Shown: positions 31,450-40,752, counted from the stretch's first letter. The stretch: DNA of 64,000 nucleotides from Candidatus Micrarchaeota archaeon (GCA_018819225.1 JAHJQN010000004.1:128001-192000), one strand, 5' to 3'. Notes: generated by a model not told the origin, from the letters alone. A program made the numbers and translations.

Positions 31450-31486
31450 ACGCTATGTTTTAATTCGCTGGACGCGTACCGATTCC

Positions 31487-32350
31487 ATGCCGCAAGAGCC
31501 CTCCCTAGTCGAACGGTTCAAGAAAATTCACTTTGAAGAGCGCGGGGGAAGCATGGCGGGCGTACGCATGGACGCTGCCCTTCAACAGCACGTGGAAACC
31601 GTTAAACAGACCCTGAGAAAGGACCGAAGCGCAGATGTTTCAGGAGTGCTGCAGGACCTTCGAAGTTTATTGCTGCACCAGCCGGCGAAAAACGAACCCG
31701 GTTTTCACACGCTTCACTCGCAGACCATGGAAAGTATCGCTGAACTCGGCGCGCGAAGCAACCGACCTGAAATCCGGAGAACGGCTGCGGATACGCTGGC
31801 AGAGTATTTTGCCGCGCATGGAAGCGGCATGTCTCCTGCGTTATCCGAAGAACTCGAATCCCACTTGAATTCATTGGAAGACCCTCGTGCACGACTTGTA
31901 CGCGCGAAACGAAAAAAACAAGCTCTTGCAGGGAAACCCGCTGGGCCATCCTTTTCCAGTGAAGAATGGATGCGCGTTCGCGGAACCCTGAAACAACATA
32001 TCCAAAGATACAATCCTCGTAAACCCGACTTTTGGGACCAACTTTACGACTTCCTCGGTGAAAGACAACGATGGGCGCAATACGCGCGCTTGATTACGCG
32101 AAATTTGAACGCCGACGAGCATTCCGTGGAATGGCACGATACGCACGAACACGCCGTTTCCGTTATAGCTGCACCCAAACATGTCGCGAATATCCGAGAA
32201 ATTTTTAAGCGAGCCGGCTTCGACGTGGATAGCCGCGAAACCCGTCAAGGCGCGCAACTGACCTTAACCCCCCGAGAATCCTTGAAAGAACTGCTTCACC
32301 CCCGCGAAATGAGCAAGCTGCGCAAAGAATACGGTCAGCGACCTATTTGA
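31487..32350 (+). CDS. Hypothetical protein
   Basis: 287-aa ORF with TTTTAA box upstream; helical N-half, no recognisable motif. Confidence 0.7.
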   Translation: MPQEPSLVERFKKIHFEERGGSMAGVRMDAALQQHVETVKQTLRKDRSADVSGVLQDLRSLLLHQPAKNEPGFHTLHSQTMESIAELGARSNRPEIRRTAADTLAEYFAAHGSGMSPALSEELESHLNSLEDPRARLVRAKRKKQALAGKPAGPSFSSEEWMRVRGTLKQHIQRYNPRKPDFWDQLYDFLGERQRWAQYARLITRNLNADEHSVEWHDTHEHAVSVIAAPKHVANIREIFKRAGFDVDSRETRQGAQLTLTPRESLKELLHPREMSKLRKEYGQRPI

Positions 32351-32438
32351 ATCGCGCTTCACTGGAACTCGACTCTCTCTTTCCCGTTATTAACGCAGCC
32401 TCTCCAGCAAGAAAGCGGCTGCAGCTGAGAGGGGGATC

Positions 32439-32711
32439 ATGGGAAGAAGCATTCCGTCGGTTACCTACCGCGTAGAGAACAAGCGACGCGACTGGGAATT
32501 ATTTCGGAAGGCCTTGCCGCCCCACGAACAAGAAGCGTTCGAGGAACTCTTGACCGTTATACGCAACCGCCGCACCGCCATTGATGCAGCGGAAGAACCC
32601 GATATTGCGGTGGCGATGCTGCTCGCCATAGTAACCCACTTGCAAGGTGCACTGCATGTTCGAACCCGCCCGGCTACCCAACAAAAAAGGCTTGACCACG
32701 GGACGCAATGA
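32439..32711 (+). CDS. Small helical protein of the PolB2 cassette (arCOG07300-like)
   Basis: MGRSIPS..W..FRKAL..EQEAFEEL signature and position upstream of PolB2. Confidence 0.75.
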   Translation: MGRSIPSVTYRVENKRRDWELFRKALPPHEQEAFEELLTVIRNRRTAIDAAEEPDIAVAMLLAIVTHLQGALHVRTRPATQQKRLDHGTQ

Positions 32712-33336
32712 CTTGGATTCACTGCTTGCCTTGCCGGACGGACTGTTCACGCTGCGCTGCCGGAGCACCTCCTGGCTTTTTTGGATGGCAAGCACGCTGA
32801 TTGCACGAAACACCGAGCCCGGTTTCCGCATACTGTACTTGCAGTGGGTCGATTACCACGACCGCTACTGGAGCATCGACTACGATTTGTTGATTCGCCT
32901 CGCGAAACGCGCGCAAACCGATCCCCAACTCATGCTCGACAATACGATTATCATGCGCGTGTTCTCGCGCGACGGCGTGGAAGAAGAAGAGAACTGGAAA
33001 CAATTGTTTGCGCTGAACGGACCGTTCCGTTTCATCATACTGGATTCCATCAACGGCTTGTACAGCAAGTTCAAGCGCGAGGTAAACGCGAAGCCCATGG
33101 GATACAGCATCGGAAGATTCTCGCAGTTGTGCATGGAAAAACGTTGTGCGGGAATAGTGCTCGACGATTCTTCGGCGCCATTGCACCCGTATCTCGGCGA
33201 GCTTTCCTCCGTCATATTGCAATTCACGCACAAGGGCGCGTGGTTCGCGCACTTGCAGAAGCACCCGCTGCAACCAGAGATCGAGAAAGAGATCGCGTTC
33301 CGCGCGCAGCGGACACTGGCGAGGTGGCTCGCGTGA
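32656..33336 (+). CDS. Inactive RadA/RecA-like protein (ImuA-like)
   Basis: TTG..DLDSLL start, IMRVFS, IILDSI Walker-B-like; no Walker A GKT. Confidence 0.65.
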   Translation: MFEPARLPNKKGLTTGRNDLDSLLALPDGLFTLRCRSTSWLFWMASTLIARNTEPGFRILYLQWVDYHDRYWSIDYDLLIRLAKRAQTDPQLMLDNTIIMRVFSRDGVEEEENWKQLFALNGPFRFIILDSINGLYSKFKREVNAKPMGYSIGRFSQLCMEKRCAGIVLDDSSAPLHPYLGELSSVILQFTHKGAWFAHLQKHPLQPEIEKEIAFRAQRTLARWLA

Positions 33337-35420
33337 AATTCAATGCATGGCTTTTAGATGTAAGCGTGCACGGAAGTGAAGCGATCCTCGCCATCAAAAC
33401 GAATGAAGGAGAGCGCGTGGAAGTACGGGACGCGTTCTATCCCTATTTCTACGTGATCCTGAAAGGAAACGCAGAAGAAATCGCGTGGTACGTTTCGCAG
33501 CACCCGCACGTGGCACGCGTCACGGAAGAACAAAAGTACGCGCAGGTATTGAGGCAGGAAAAAGAGCCCGTGCTGAAAGTCGAAGTGGAGTCCACGCGAT
33601 ATTTTCAGCGCGTGATCATCGATGTGAAAAAGGTTCCGGGAGTTGCGGAACTCGCGGAAACACGCATGCCCAACTACTTGAAGTACTGTTTTGAAAAACG
33701 CCTCACGTTCTTCTCGTTTTACGAATGGGAGTGCACGGAAAACCGGCGACTGAAACGCATTCAAAACATTCCGCAAACGCGCTTTCCGTCCCTGAATACC
33801 GCGTACCTGCAAGGCGGTGAAACGGGGGTGCTGCAGACCCCACACGAAGCGATTTTATTGCAACCCGAAGCGCTCGAAGCGATGTTGCGCGAAAAGAACG
33901 TGGACGTGTTGTTTACGTTGAATGGAGACGCGTTCCTCAAACCATTTTCCAAAACGCATGCGTTTCATGGCGTTCAGCTGAAGCACGGCATTCACATCGA
34001 CTTGCAGAAGGATTTGGGCATTGACATCTACGCGGAAGGAGAAGGAGCGCGTCTGACGCCTGAAAACGTGCTCGCGTTCGGGACGGCGCGATTGGAACGC
34101 ATCATGGAGCTCTCGCAGACCGCTTGCGCGAAAGCAGCCATTGTCTCGCGCGTGTCGCCAGGCAGATTGAACACGTACCTGCACATGATGGCCGCCAAGC
34201 GCAAAGACTACTTGATTCCGGATTCCAAAAAGCTCGTGGAACGGCCTAAAACGCTGCGCCTGCTCAAATCATTGGATAAAGGCGGCACCATCTTTTACCC
34301 CGAGCCGGGAGTCTACGAAAACGTGGCCAAATTCGATTTCTCGAGCATGTACCCCAGCATCATCGTGAACTACAACATCAGCCCCGAAACCCTGCACTGC
34401 GATAATGCCTCGCAATTTCTAATAGTGCCGGAAGCGCTTTGGAGGATTCGCACGGACGCGCAAGGCATTATCCCGCAAGGCATTCAACACGTGCTCGAGA
34501 AGCGCTTACTATTGAAAAAAATGGCGAAAACGGAAAAGGATTCCAGGTTGCGTGAAGCGTATACCACGCGACAAAAAGCCTTGAAAAATATTTTGGTCAC
34601 GTGTTTCGGATACTTGGGTTTCAACAACTTCGTGTTCTCTAACGTGGAATGCAAGGAGTGCGTCATATTGTTCGGACGCGTCATCCTTCAACGCGCGAAA
34701 GACATTGCGGAATCCATGCACCTGAAAATCGTTTACGGCATCGTGGACAGTCTCTTCATTACGGGAGGAAGCGACGCGCAATACGCGGCGTACCAGAAAC
34801 GCGTCAGCGAGGAAATCGGCATCGAACTCGACCTCGAAGGCATTTTTCAGCGCATCGTGTTTCCTTCCGCGAAAGACGCGAGCGGAACGGCCAACAAATA
34901 CTACGGTATCACGCGCGACGGAAAACTGGAGGCGCGCGGAATCAAGTGGAGGCACTCGGATGCGTGCGTACTCGTCAAACGCTTCCAATACCAAGCGATG
35001 ATGCACTTGCTAAACGAGCCGTGGGAAACCGCTCGCAAGAACGCGGAGAAGTTGTTGAAAGAGTATTCGCGCACACGTTGGCCGTTACCGGATTACGCCG
35101 TGCATATGGCGCTGCGCAAGCCCTTGCAAGAATACCGGGCAAATGCGGCGCACGTGCGCGCAGCCAAGCAATTGAAAGAAGAAGCGCTGAGCATTGCGTT
35201 TGTACATACCGTACACGGACCCCTACCGCTCGTGCGGGCGAAAGCAGAGGAAATCGATCGGGAGAAGTACGCGTACTTGTTGCAGCAAAGCTTGGAGGAA
35301 CTTATTCGCGTTCCGTTGGCTTTCGTTGCGAACGTCCCGTCGGTGGCGCTTGAGGTAACGCCTCGTAACGAGGGTCCAAGGAACGCTGGAGGAAATAAAC
35401 AACGCCTCTATAAGGACTGA
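33333..35420 (+). CDS. polB2: Family B DNA polymerase, PolB2 subfamily
   Basis: DFSSMYPSII, KNILVTCFGYLG, YGIVDS (PolB2-type in place of YGDTDS); eroded exonuclease; GTG start overlaps upstream stop. Confidence 0.9.
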   Translation: MKFNAWLLDVSVHGSEAILAIKTNEGERVEVRDAFYPYFYVILKGNAEEIAWYVSQHPHVARVTEEQKYAQVLRQEKEPVLKVEVESTRYFQRVIIDVKKVPGVAELAETRMPNYLKYCFEKRLTFFSFYEWECTENRRLKRIQNIPQTRFPSLNTAYLQGGETGVLQTPHEAILLQPEALEAMLREKNVDVLFTLNGDAFLKPFSKTHAFHGVQLKHGIHIDLQKDLGIDIYAEGEGARLTPENVLAFGTARLERIMELSQTACAKAAIVSRVSPGRLNTYLHMMAAKRKDYLIPDSKKLVERPKTLRLLKSLDKGGTIFYPEPGVYENVAKFDFSSMYPSIIVNYNISPETLHCDNASQFLIVPEALWRIRTDAQGIIPQGIQHVLEKRLLLKKMAKTEKDSRLREAYTTRQKALKNILVTCFGYLGFNNFVFSNVECKECVILFGRVILQRAKDIAESMHLKIVYGIVDSLFITGGSDAQYAAYQKRVSEEIGIELDLEGIFQRIVFPSAKDASGTANKYYGITRDGKLEARGIKWRHSDACVLVKRFQYQAMMHLLNEPWETARKNAEKLLKEYSRTRWPLPDYAVHMALRKPLQEYRANAAHVRAAKQLKEEALSIAFVHTVHGPLPLVRAKAEEIDREKYAYLLQQSLEELIRVPLAFVANVPSVALEVTPRNEGPRNAGGNKQRLYKD

Positions 35421-35946
35421 GTAAAGCGCGAAACGCGTTCTTGCGAGCCAACGTAATATCATGAATTTGTACTTGACCATGTTTCGATCCCATGCGTGTA
35501 AAAATGACTTTTTTTGCAGGCTCCCCGGATGGCTGTTCAGGAGAACGCACCACTCTCAACTCCTTTAAGTCTAATAGATCTTTTGCCTTGACTTTAGAGA
35601 GTTTACCCGATGCAAAGCGGTGAAGTATGTTTAATGTTCGAAAACGAGATAACCCCCGGTCTAGGTCAGCAAGATTCACCGTAAAATGCTTGCTAAAATG
35701 AATATCCGGATCAAACCCTAGTTGATCTCGTTCTTTTTTTGGCATCGCATCCATTTCCTTGCGAATCGCTCTTCCGAATCGCCTGATTTGACGCATCGAT
35801 TGTAAACTGCGCAATGAAGAGAGTGGTTCTTCGCTAAAACGAGCGTACGGACTTGACATGCTACCGAGATGAGGTTTTAATAACGAAAAAGCCGCCTGGT
35901 GACGTTCTAAAAGTTCTTGGATCCGCGGGCTCTTCTGCAACATCAT
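35302..35946 (-). CDS. Hypothetical basic protein
   Basis: 214-aa ORF with GGTCAGTGA upstream; 3' end overlaps polB2 tail by 119 nt. Confidence 0.55.
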   Translation of the reverse strand: MMLQKSPRIQELLERHQAAFSLLKPHLGSMSSPYARFSEEPLSSLRSLQSMRQIRRFGRAIRKEMDAMPKKERDQLGFDPDIHFSKHFTVNLADLDRGLSRFRTLNILHRFASGKLSKVKAKDLLDLKELRVVRSPEQPSGEPAKKVIFTRMGSKHGQVQIHDITLARKNAFRALLSPYRGVVYFLQRSLDPRYEALPQAPPTGRSQRKPTERE

Positions 35947-36072
35947 AAGCGTTCACTGACCATACTGAAAATCAGTAATTAAATGCCTTACCATACGCGT
36001 AAAAGGATACACGAATAGTTATATAGTGGGATTTTCATAACGCAAATAATGCAGTGAGCGAGATGATAGGCG

Positions 36073-36309
36073 ATCAACTTCACCCAACGCAAGAAGAAAC
36101 GCTTAGCCTGCAGACTCGATGCTAAAAACCGCTTGGTTCTACCGCTGGAGATCCGTTTGCAACTCGACATCGTGAGCGGTGAGTTCGTGTTTCTAGAACC
36201 CATTGAAAACAATAACGGGGTTTTAGTGCGTTTGGAATCCCGAAAATCTATGAAGGGATACCGAAGGGTATCAAAAAACAATTGGGAGGTGAATGAAAAT
36301 GGAAAGTAA
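36073..36309 (+). CDS. AbrB/MazE/SpoVT-family DNA-binding protein lacking a canonical start (possible ATC start or frameshift)
   Basis: Frame reads RKKKRLACRLDAKNRLVLPLEIRLQLDIVSGEFVFLE, an AbrB signature; absent from ORF track. Confidence 0.6.
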   Translation: MNFTQRKKKRLACRLDAKNRLVLPLEIRLQLDIVSGEFVFLEPIENNNGVLVRLESRKSMKGYRRVSKNNWEVNENGK

Positions 36310-36422
36310 ATCGACGGAAAAAGGAGGTTCGCTTCACGAAAGCCATTCTACGAATTCAACGTGAGATCCCCGCCGGCGATTCTATTGCCAACGTACAGCA
36401 AGGATCGCTATCTCAAGGATTC

Positions 36423-37463
36423 TTGCAAGAAAAACTGAAACCGTTAAGTGATATTGAGCGGGAGTATATAGCGGAACAATTTCAAAGCGTTTTTCAAAGA
36501 TGGCGAGCCATTGAACGCATCGTGGTACCCAATATCTCTGAATTTGTCGAGGTGTTGTTAAAAAAAGATCCAGTAGTGTACAAGGGGGTGAGTTACAATC
36601 CGTTGATTGGTACTCTTGGAGAAAACGTGAACCTCGTTGATTTCTTTGGATGGGCCAAAGCATCGGAAATGAAGTCCGTGATACTCAACGCGTCGGTTTA
36701 TGCAATCATCAACGAATCGCAAACTTCGCCCGTTGAACGATTCAGTGAAAACGCTGGAAAGGAAGCTATTGACTTCATGAGAGAACAGTTGAAATCATTT
36801 CCAACCATTGAGCAGATATCGAACAAGCGGGATAACTACTTGAGAGCTATTGCGCTCTCGTTGTTTCCACCCAGCGAACAACCCATGGTGGTCGATTCAA
36901 GGAATATGTTCCAAAGTCGGAGGTATCCGGAATGCCTGCAGGAAGCCATTTCTTTTTGCGCGGAAAATCCGAAAAACGGCGAGGTTATCCAATTCAAGAA
37001 ATACGCGAACTATATTCGTTATAATACCCCGTATCAGCGTTGGTATAGCGCGTTCGTATTAGCAGAAGCCCTTTACTTGTATAGAGCGTTTGGGGTCAAT
37101 ATCAAGTTGGGGCCGACCACGGAATCCAATTTTGACTCGTTGATACGCGATTTCATGAAACAGAAAGGCATCCCATACGGATTCGTTTGGTACGACCGAA
37201 GCATTGAGAAGCAAGTGCCGTACACGAATGCATTAACGTTCGATGATGGGCTGGATGCCATATCGCAGAAAATGAGCAATGAAACGGTGCGTCAGTGGGT
37301 GTACGAGCTCGTTCAACCCTTTGAGCAGTTTCAAAGTCTCGACATTCAAACCGCAATCGAAATGCTGATTGCGACCGTTCGGGAGAATAGCTTGAAACCC
37401 ATTCCCAAGCTGAACGCTGAAGGCGAGTGGTTTCTTACGTTTCCCCCTGGAGCCTGCGATTAA
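36423..37463 (+). CDS. Hypothetical protein (5' end uncertain; frame open from 36297)
   Basis: 346-aa ORF; strong GGAGGTGA SD and ATG at 36293/36299 are in another frame. Confidence 0.7.
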   Translation: MQEKLKPLSDIEREYIAEQFQSVFQRWRAIERIVVPNISEFVEVLLKKDPVVYKGVSYNPLIGTLGENVNLVDFFGWAKASEMKSVILNASVYAIINESQTSPVERFSENAGKEAIDFMREQLKSFPTIEQISNKRDNYLRAIALSLFPPSEQPMVVDSRNMFQSRRYPECLQEAISFCAENPKNGEVIQFKKYANYIRYNTPYQRWYSAFVLAEALYLYRAFGVNIKLGPTTESNFDSLIRDFMKQKGIPYGFVWYDRSIEKQVPYTNALTFDDGLDAISQKMSNETVRQWVYELVQPFEQFQSLDIQTAIEMLIATVRENSLKPIPKLNAEGEWFLTFPPGACD

Positions 37464-37516
37464 CTTCTAAGCATTGCTAGGGGTGGACTAAGAACCGTTA
37501 TCGTTCGAGGGTCGAC

Positions 37517-37783
37517 TTAAAACTTTTTGTGCTTCTGGAAGCAGTCACGGCAGTATACCGGACGACCTTCCGTAGGCTCAAAAGGTACATCGCACTCCTT
37601 TCCGCAGTCAGAACACACGGCTTTGTGCATGGTACGTGGTCCTCGGAATCCACCGCCACCACCACCGAAGCGTCCGCCGCCACCACGTCCGCCGCCGAAA
37701 TCTCGGTCGCCGCGACCGCCACTTCCATGCTTGTCAAAGTGACCGCCTCCGCTTCCACCATGTCGTTTCTTGCTGTATCCCAT
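37517..37783 (-). CDS. CxxC-x17-CxxC zinc-ribbon protein with Gly/Arg-rich N-terminus
   Basis: MHKAVCSDCGKECDVPFEPTEGRPVYCRDCF; RGG/FGG repeats. Confidence 0.92.
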   Translation of the reverse strand: MGYSKKRHGGSGGGHFDKHGSGGRGDRDFGGGRGGGGRFGGGGGGFRGPRTMHKAVCSDCGKECDVPFEPTEGRPVYCRDCFQKHKKF

Positions 37784-37944
37784 TTATTTATCCACCATAT
37801 TGTGCAGTACGCATCTGAATGCCGTTAAAACTAATTGAGTCCATTAGCAGAACCAGCCACAGCTGCATACGATAAATCTAAAATATGCAGATATCGGTAT
37901 TTAAATGCGCGCATTGAGACCCATTTACGTCCACAAAGAAGGCA

Positions 37945-38436
37945 TTATTTGATGAGAGCTATGTCTTCTGCCAAGCTCTCCAAATCCTCTTCGTGCTCCA
38001 CTTCATCTTCCAGGATCTTGCGGATCATGTGAAACGTGATCGGGTCGTTTCCGAGCTTGACTTTCTCAAGTATTTGGTGGTAAATGGCTATGGCGCAACG
38101 CTCGCCTTGAATATTCTGCTTAAGAATCTTCAGCACATGAGGATCCGACGGCGCGGCATACCCGCAAGCACTCGCTTTCTTGATTTCATCAGGGGAGAGA
38201 AGCGGTTGCCCTCCCAATTGAATAATGCGTTCCGCCAGCATATCCGCGTGCTTCAATTCGTCGTTAGCATGTTCAATGAGTTCTTTCTGCACATCAGGTC
38301 TCATGGGACCTTTCACGATCTTGGAACCCACCCAGTACTGATAATAAGCCAGCCATTCATCCGCCAACGCTTTATTCAGCATTTCAATGAGTTCGGTCAC
38401 GTTCATTTTGACGATTTTAGTTCCCGTGCTTCCCAT
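37945..38436 (-). CDS. Ferritin-like DpsL/bacterioferritin-related protein
   Basis: LNKALADEWLAYYQYW, ELKHAD, ERCAI, DEVEHEED ferroxidase motifs. Confidence 0.92.
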   Translation of the reverse strand: MGSTGTKIVKMNVTELIEMLNKALADEWLAYYQYWVGSKIVKGPMRPDVQKELIEHANDELKHADMLAERIIQLGGQPLLSPDEIKKASACGYAAPSDPHVLKILKQNIQGERCAIAIYHQILEKVKLGNDPITFHMIRKILEDEVEHEEDLESLAEDIALIK

Positions 38437-38551
38437 GCGATTCACCCGAATAGCTGACAGCATTTCTCTTTATAAAATGAATGAACAAATCCAGCGAAAA
38501 AAACGGTTTATATAGGACTAGACAATACCGAAGGTATTAGAGGCGAATGGA

Positions 38552-39349
38552 ATGAGAAAAAAGACCGGGGCGTTTAACCATCCCTATTTCGACTTGCAAG
38601 CCGAATGGGGGATTACAAAACACTTCAACGGAATCACGTCCTCAGAAGAACTGGTTCGTTTCTGCCGCATCAACCGTTATTCATACGTTTTGGACGTGGG
38701 TTGCGGCGTAGGAATCAGCACGTGCCGGATCGCAAAAAAGCATCGCTGTCGCATGGTCGGAGTCGATATTTCAAAACGCATGGTGGAACGCGCGCAAGAA
38801 CGCGCCATCGAAACCGGAATCGATGATCTCGCAACATTCCGGGAGGCAAATGCAGCGAAACTGCCCTTCAAAAATAATTCATTCGACGCGGTGATCGCGG
38901 AATCCGTAACCGCGTTCACGAAAAACAAGCAAAAAACCTTGAAGGAATACGCGCGCGTCGTGAAAAAAGGGGGGTATGTTGGAATCGTGGAAAGCACGTG
39001 GCTTCAACCACCTAAACCAGAAATTGAAAACTATTTAGTGCGTACAATGGGTTCGCTGCATCCGGCATACGAATCGGAATGGAAATCGTGGTTTAAGGGG
39101 GCGGAATTGACCCTGGTTGAGTCGCGCGTCGTAAAAATGGAGGTTTTGAAACAAGGTTTCGCGGAATGGCAATTGGCCGGACTACTCGTGTTTTTCCGAT
39201 CCATGTACCGAATGATCAAGTTGTGTGCGACCCGTCCGGAATACCGTAAAGCGACCATTCAACTGATTAAGGAAGCCAAACGCGCCCCGAAAGGCCTAAC
39301 GGACACGTTCGGGTACGGAGTATACGTGGGGAAAAAGAAGATGAAATGA
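38552..39349 (+). CDS. Class I SAM-dependent methyltransferase
   Basis: VLDVGCGVG, VGVDIS, LPF.NNSFDAVIAES, RVVKKGG. Confidence 0.92.
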   Translation: MRKKTGAFNHPYFDLQAEWGITKHFNGITSSEELVRFCRINRYSYVLDVGCGVGISTCRIAKKHRCRMVGVDISKRMVERAQERAIETGIDDLATFREANAAKLPFKNNSFDAVIAESVTAFTKNKQKTLKEYARVVKKGGYVGIVESTWLQPPKPEIENYLVRTMGSLHPAYESEWKSWFKGAELTLVESRVVKMEVLKQGFAEWQLAGLLVFFRSMYRMIKLCATRPEYRKATIQLIKEAKRAPKGLTDTFGYGVYVGKKKMK

Positions 39350-39434
39350 ATCCGTTCATTCGTTCGTCAAGGAACCCCGCCGTTCCTTAACGATTCTGCC
39401 GTTTCCCAACCGAAAAGCATTGGAAAACGCGGAT
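39350..39434 (-). other. Candidate structured RNA / double hairpin
   Basis: 10-bp and 12-bp stems that pair fully only on the minus strand (G-U wobble), closed by ATCCG/CGGAT. Confidence 0.4.
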
Positions 39435-39712
39435 GCTCAATGAGTCATATCGAGCGCGCAACGATTGAGGAGGCGTTCATCAATAATATTATTAATCAGT
39501 TTTTGGGAGGCTCGTCTTTCCCGCTCGGCGAAGGAGTGATAGCCCCGGATGTCGATCCGGTGCACTCACGGTACGGATTCGTCTGTCCATCGTTATTTTG
39601 GATGATCATTTCGATGCGCCTGAGCTCGGCAATCCCGGCGGAAACGCTCCAGACCGCGCGCGCAATTCCAACAAATTTTTTTCGATGAAATCCTGGAGAG
39701 GATTCAGGTCCG

Positions 39713-39880
39713 TTAGTCCTTCCCGGAAAGGAATGCGATCAGCGCCTCGTCCAAGTCGGTTCCCTCCAGCATGTTCGTTCCATGTCCAGCGCCTTCATAG
39801 TCCCTCCACACTTTGTATCCTTGGAACTGTTCATACAAATGTCTGGAAGACGCATACGCGTATCCATCCTCCTTGCTGGC
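39713..39880 (-). pseudogene. C-terminal remnant of an alpha/beta hydrolase
   Basis: ASKEDGYA...LY...YEGAGHGTNML (catalytic Asp/His region) with no N-terminal part. Confidence 0.6.
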
Positions 39881-40166
39881 GTCAATAGGTTTTTTGGCAG
39901 CCATATATTTCACGTTCTTGCTCTGGAGCGAGACTAAGCGAGAACGCTATTGGGCGTCCTTCATGATGGCCGTGCTTTCTATGGGCGTCAGGGAATGGAT
40001 CGCGATTCCGGTTGAATTGCATTGGCTTTCTCGCGAAACCGGGTTATTGATTCAAGAAATAGCCGCCATTGTGGCCGCCCTGACCATTGCCTATGCGGCC
40101 TACGGACTATACTATTCCATGAAGCGGATTCGAGAACGAATGGGTTCGGTTCCCAAAAGGCGGTAA
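39873..40166 (+). CDS. Three-TM membrane protein, probably 5'-truncated
   Basis: Hydrophobic helices start abruptly at LLASIGF, abutting the hydrolase remnant. Confidence 0.55.
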   Translation: MLASIGFLAAIYFTFLLWSETKRERYWASFMMAVLSMGVREWIAIPVELHWLSRETGLLIQEIAAIVAALTIAYAAYGLYYSMKRIRERMGSVPKRR

Positions 40167-40170
40167 GGCC

Positions 40171-40434
40171 TTGAAATCCGTACTGTTTTATTGGAGCAAG
40201 GGTGCAGAATCGCGTCGCCGCATTATCCTCCTCATGTTAAAATGCGAGCAGAAGAACCAACCTTGTTTCGTTAGCGCGCTTTCGAGGAAACTGAAACTGA
40301 GCCACGTTGCGATTCTGCGGCATTTGGATCTGATGGAAGAGGACGGCTATGTCGAGGTTCTGAATCCAGGGGGAAAACCCGCCTTTCTAGCGTTGACGGA
40401 AACGGGAAAGACTGTCGCTAATGAATTTTCGTGA
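40171..40434 (+). CDS. ArsR-like winged-helix transcriptional regulator
   Basis: SRRRII..L, LSRKLKLSHVAILRHLDLMEEDGYV. Confidence 0.8.
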   Translation: MKSVLFYWSKGAESRRRIILLMLKCEQKNQPCFVSALSRKLKLSHVAILRHLDLMEEDGYVEVLNPGGKPAFLALTETGKTVANEFS

Positions 40435-40457
40435 GCCATTCCAAACAAAAGTTGTCA

Positions 40458-40718
40458 TTACTGAGGCAACCGATTCCAGATCCAGGCAAAAAGGCCTCCT
40501 GCAACCAGGCCGCAAATAAATGCGCCAAAGATCCCCAATAGCGCCATCACCGGATCAAATGGCGTCACTAATAACTCGTACGAGAGAAAGTGTATCCTTG
40601 ACAGGCTATCGGCCACGCCTTGACCCGATCCTACCGCAACAAGAGTTACCCATACGGCATGCATCAATGCGAAAAGCAAGCCTAACGTCAGGCCTGCCCG
40701 CTTTACTTCAAACTCCAT
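40458..40718 (-). CDS. Small two-TM membrane protein (DUF5676-like), last gene of cop operon
   Basis: GLTLG...MHAVW..IHF..G.LFAWIWNRL. Confidence 0.7.
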   Translation of the reverse strand: MEFEVKRAGLTLGLLFALMHAVWVTLVAVGSGQGVADSLSRIHFLSYELLVTPFDPVMALLGIFGAFICGLVAGGLFAWIWNRLPQ

Positions 40719-40752
40719 CTGGATCACCTCACAATTCGCTGCTTGAAATAAT

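Noticed and set aside
32781-33332. 184-aa N-terminal extension of PolB2 in the ORF track
   Set aside because: Shadow of the RadA-like gene; GAGGTGG SD and GTG at 33333 give the typical PolB start
37640-37760. CCGCCA/CCACC-rich repeat as a DNA repeat element
   Set aside because: Explained by Gly-rich codons of the RGG tail
39440-39688. 82-aa plus-strand ORF
   Set aside because: No motif or convincing start signals; left uncalled
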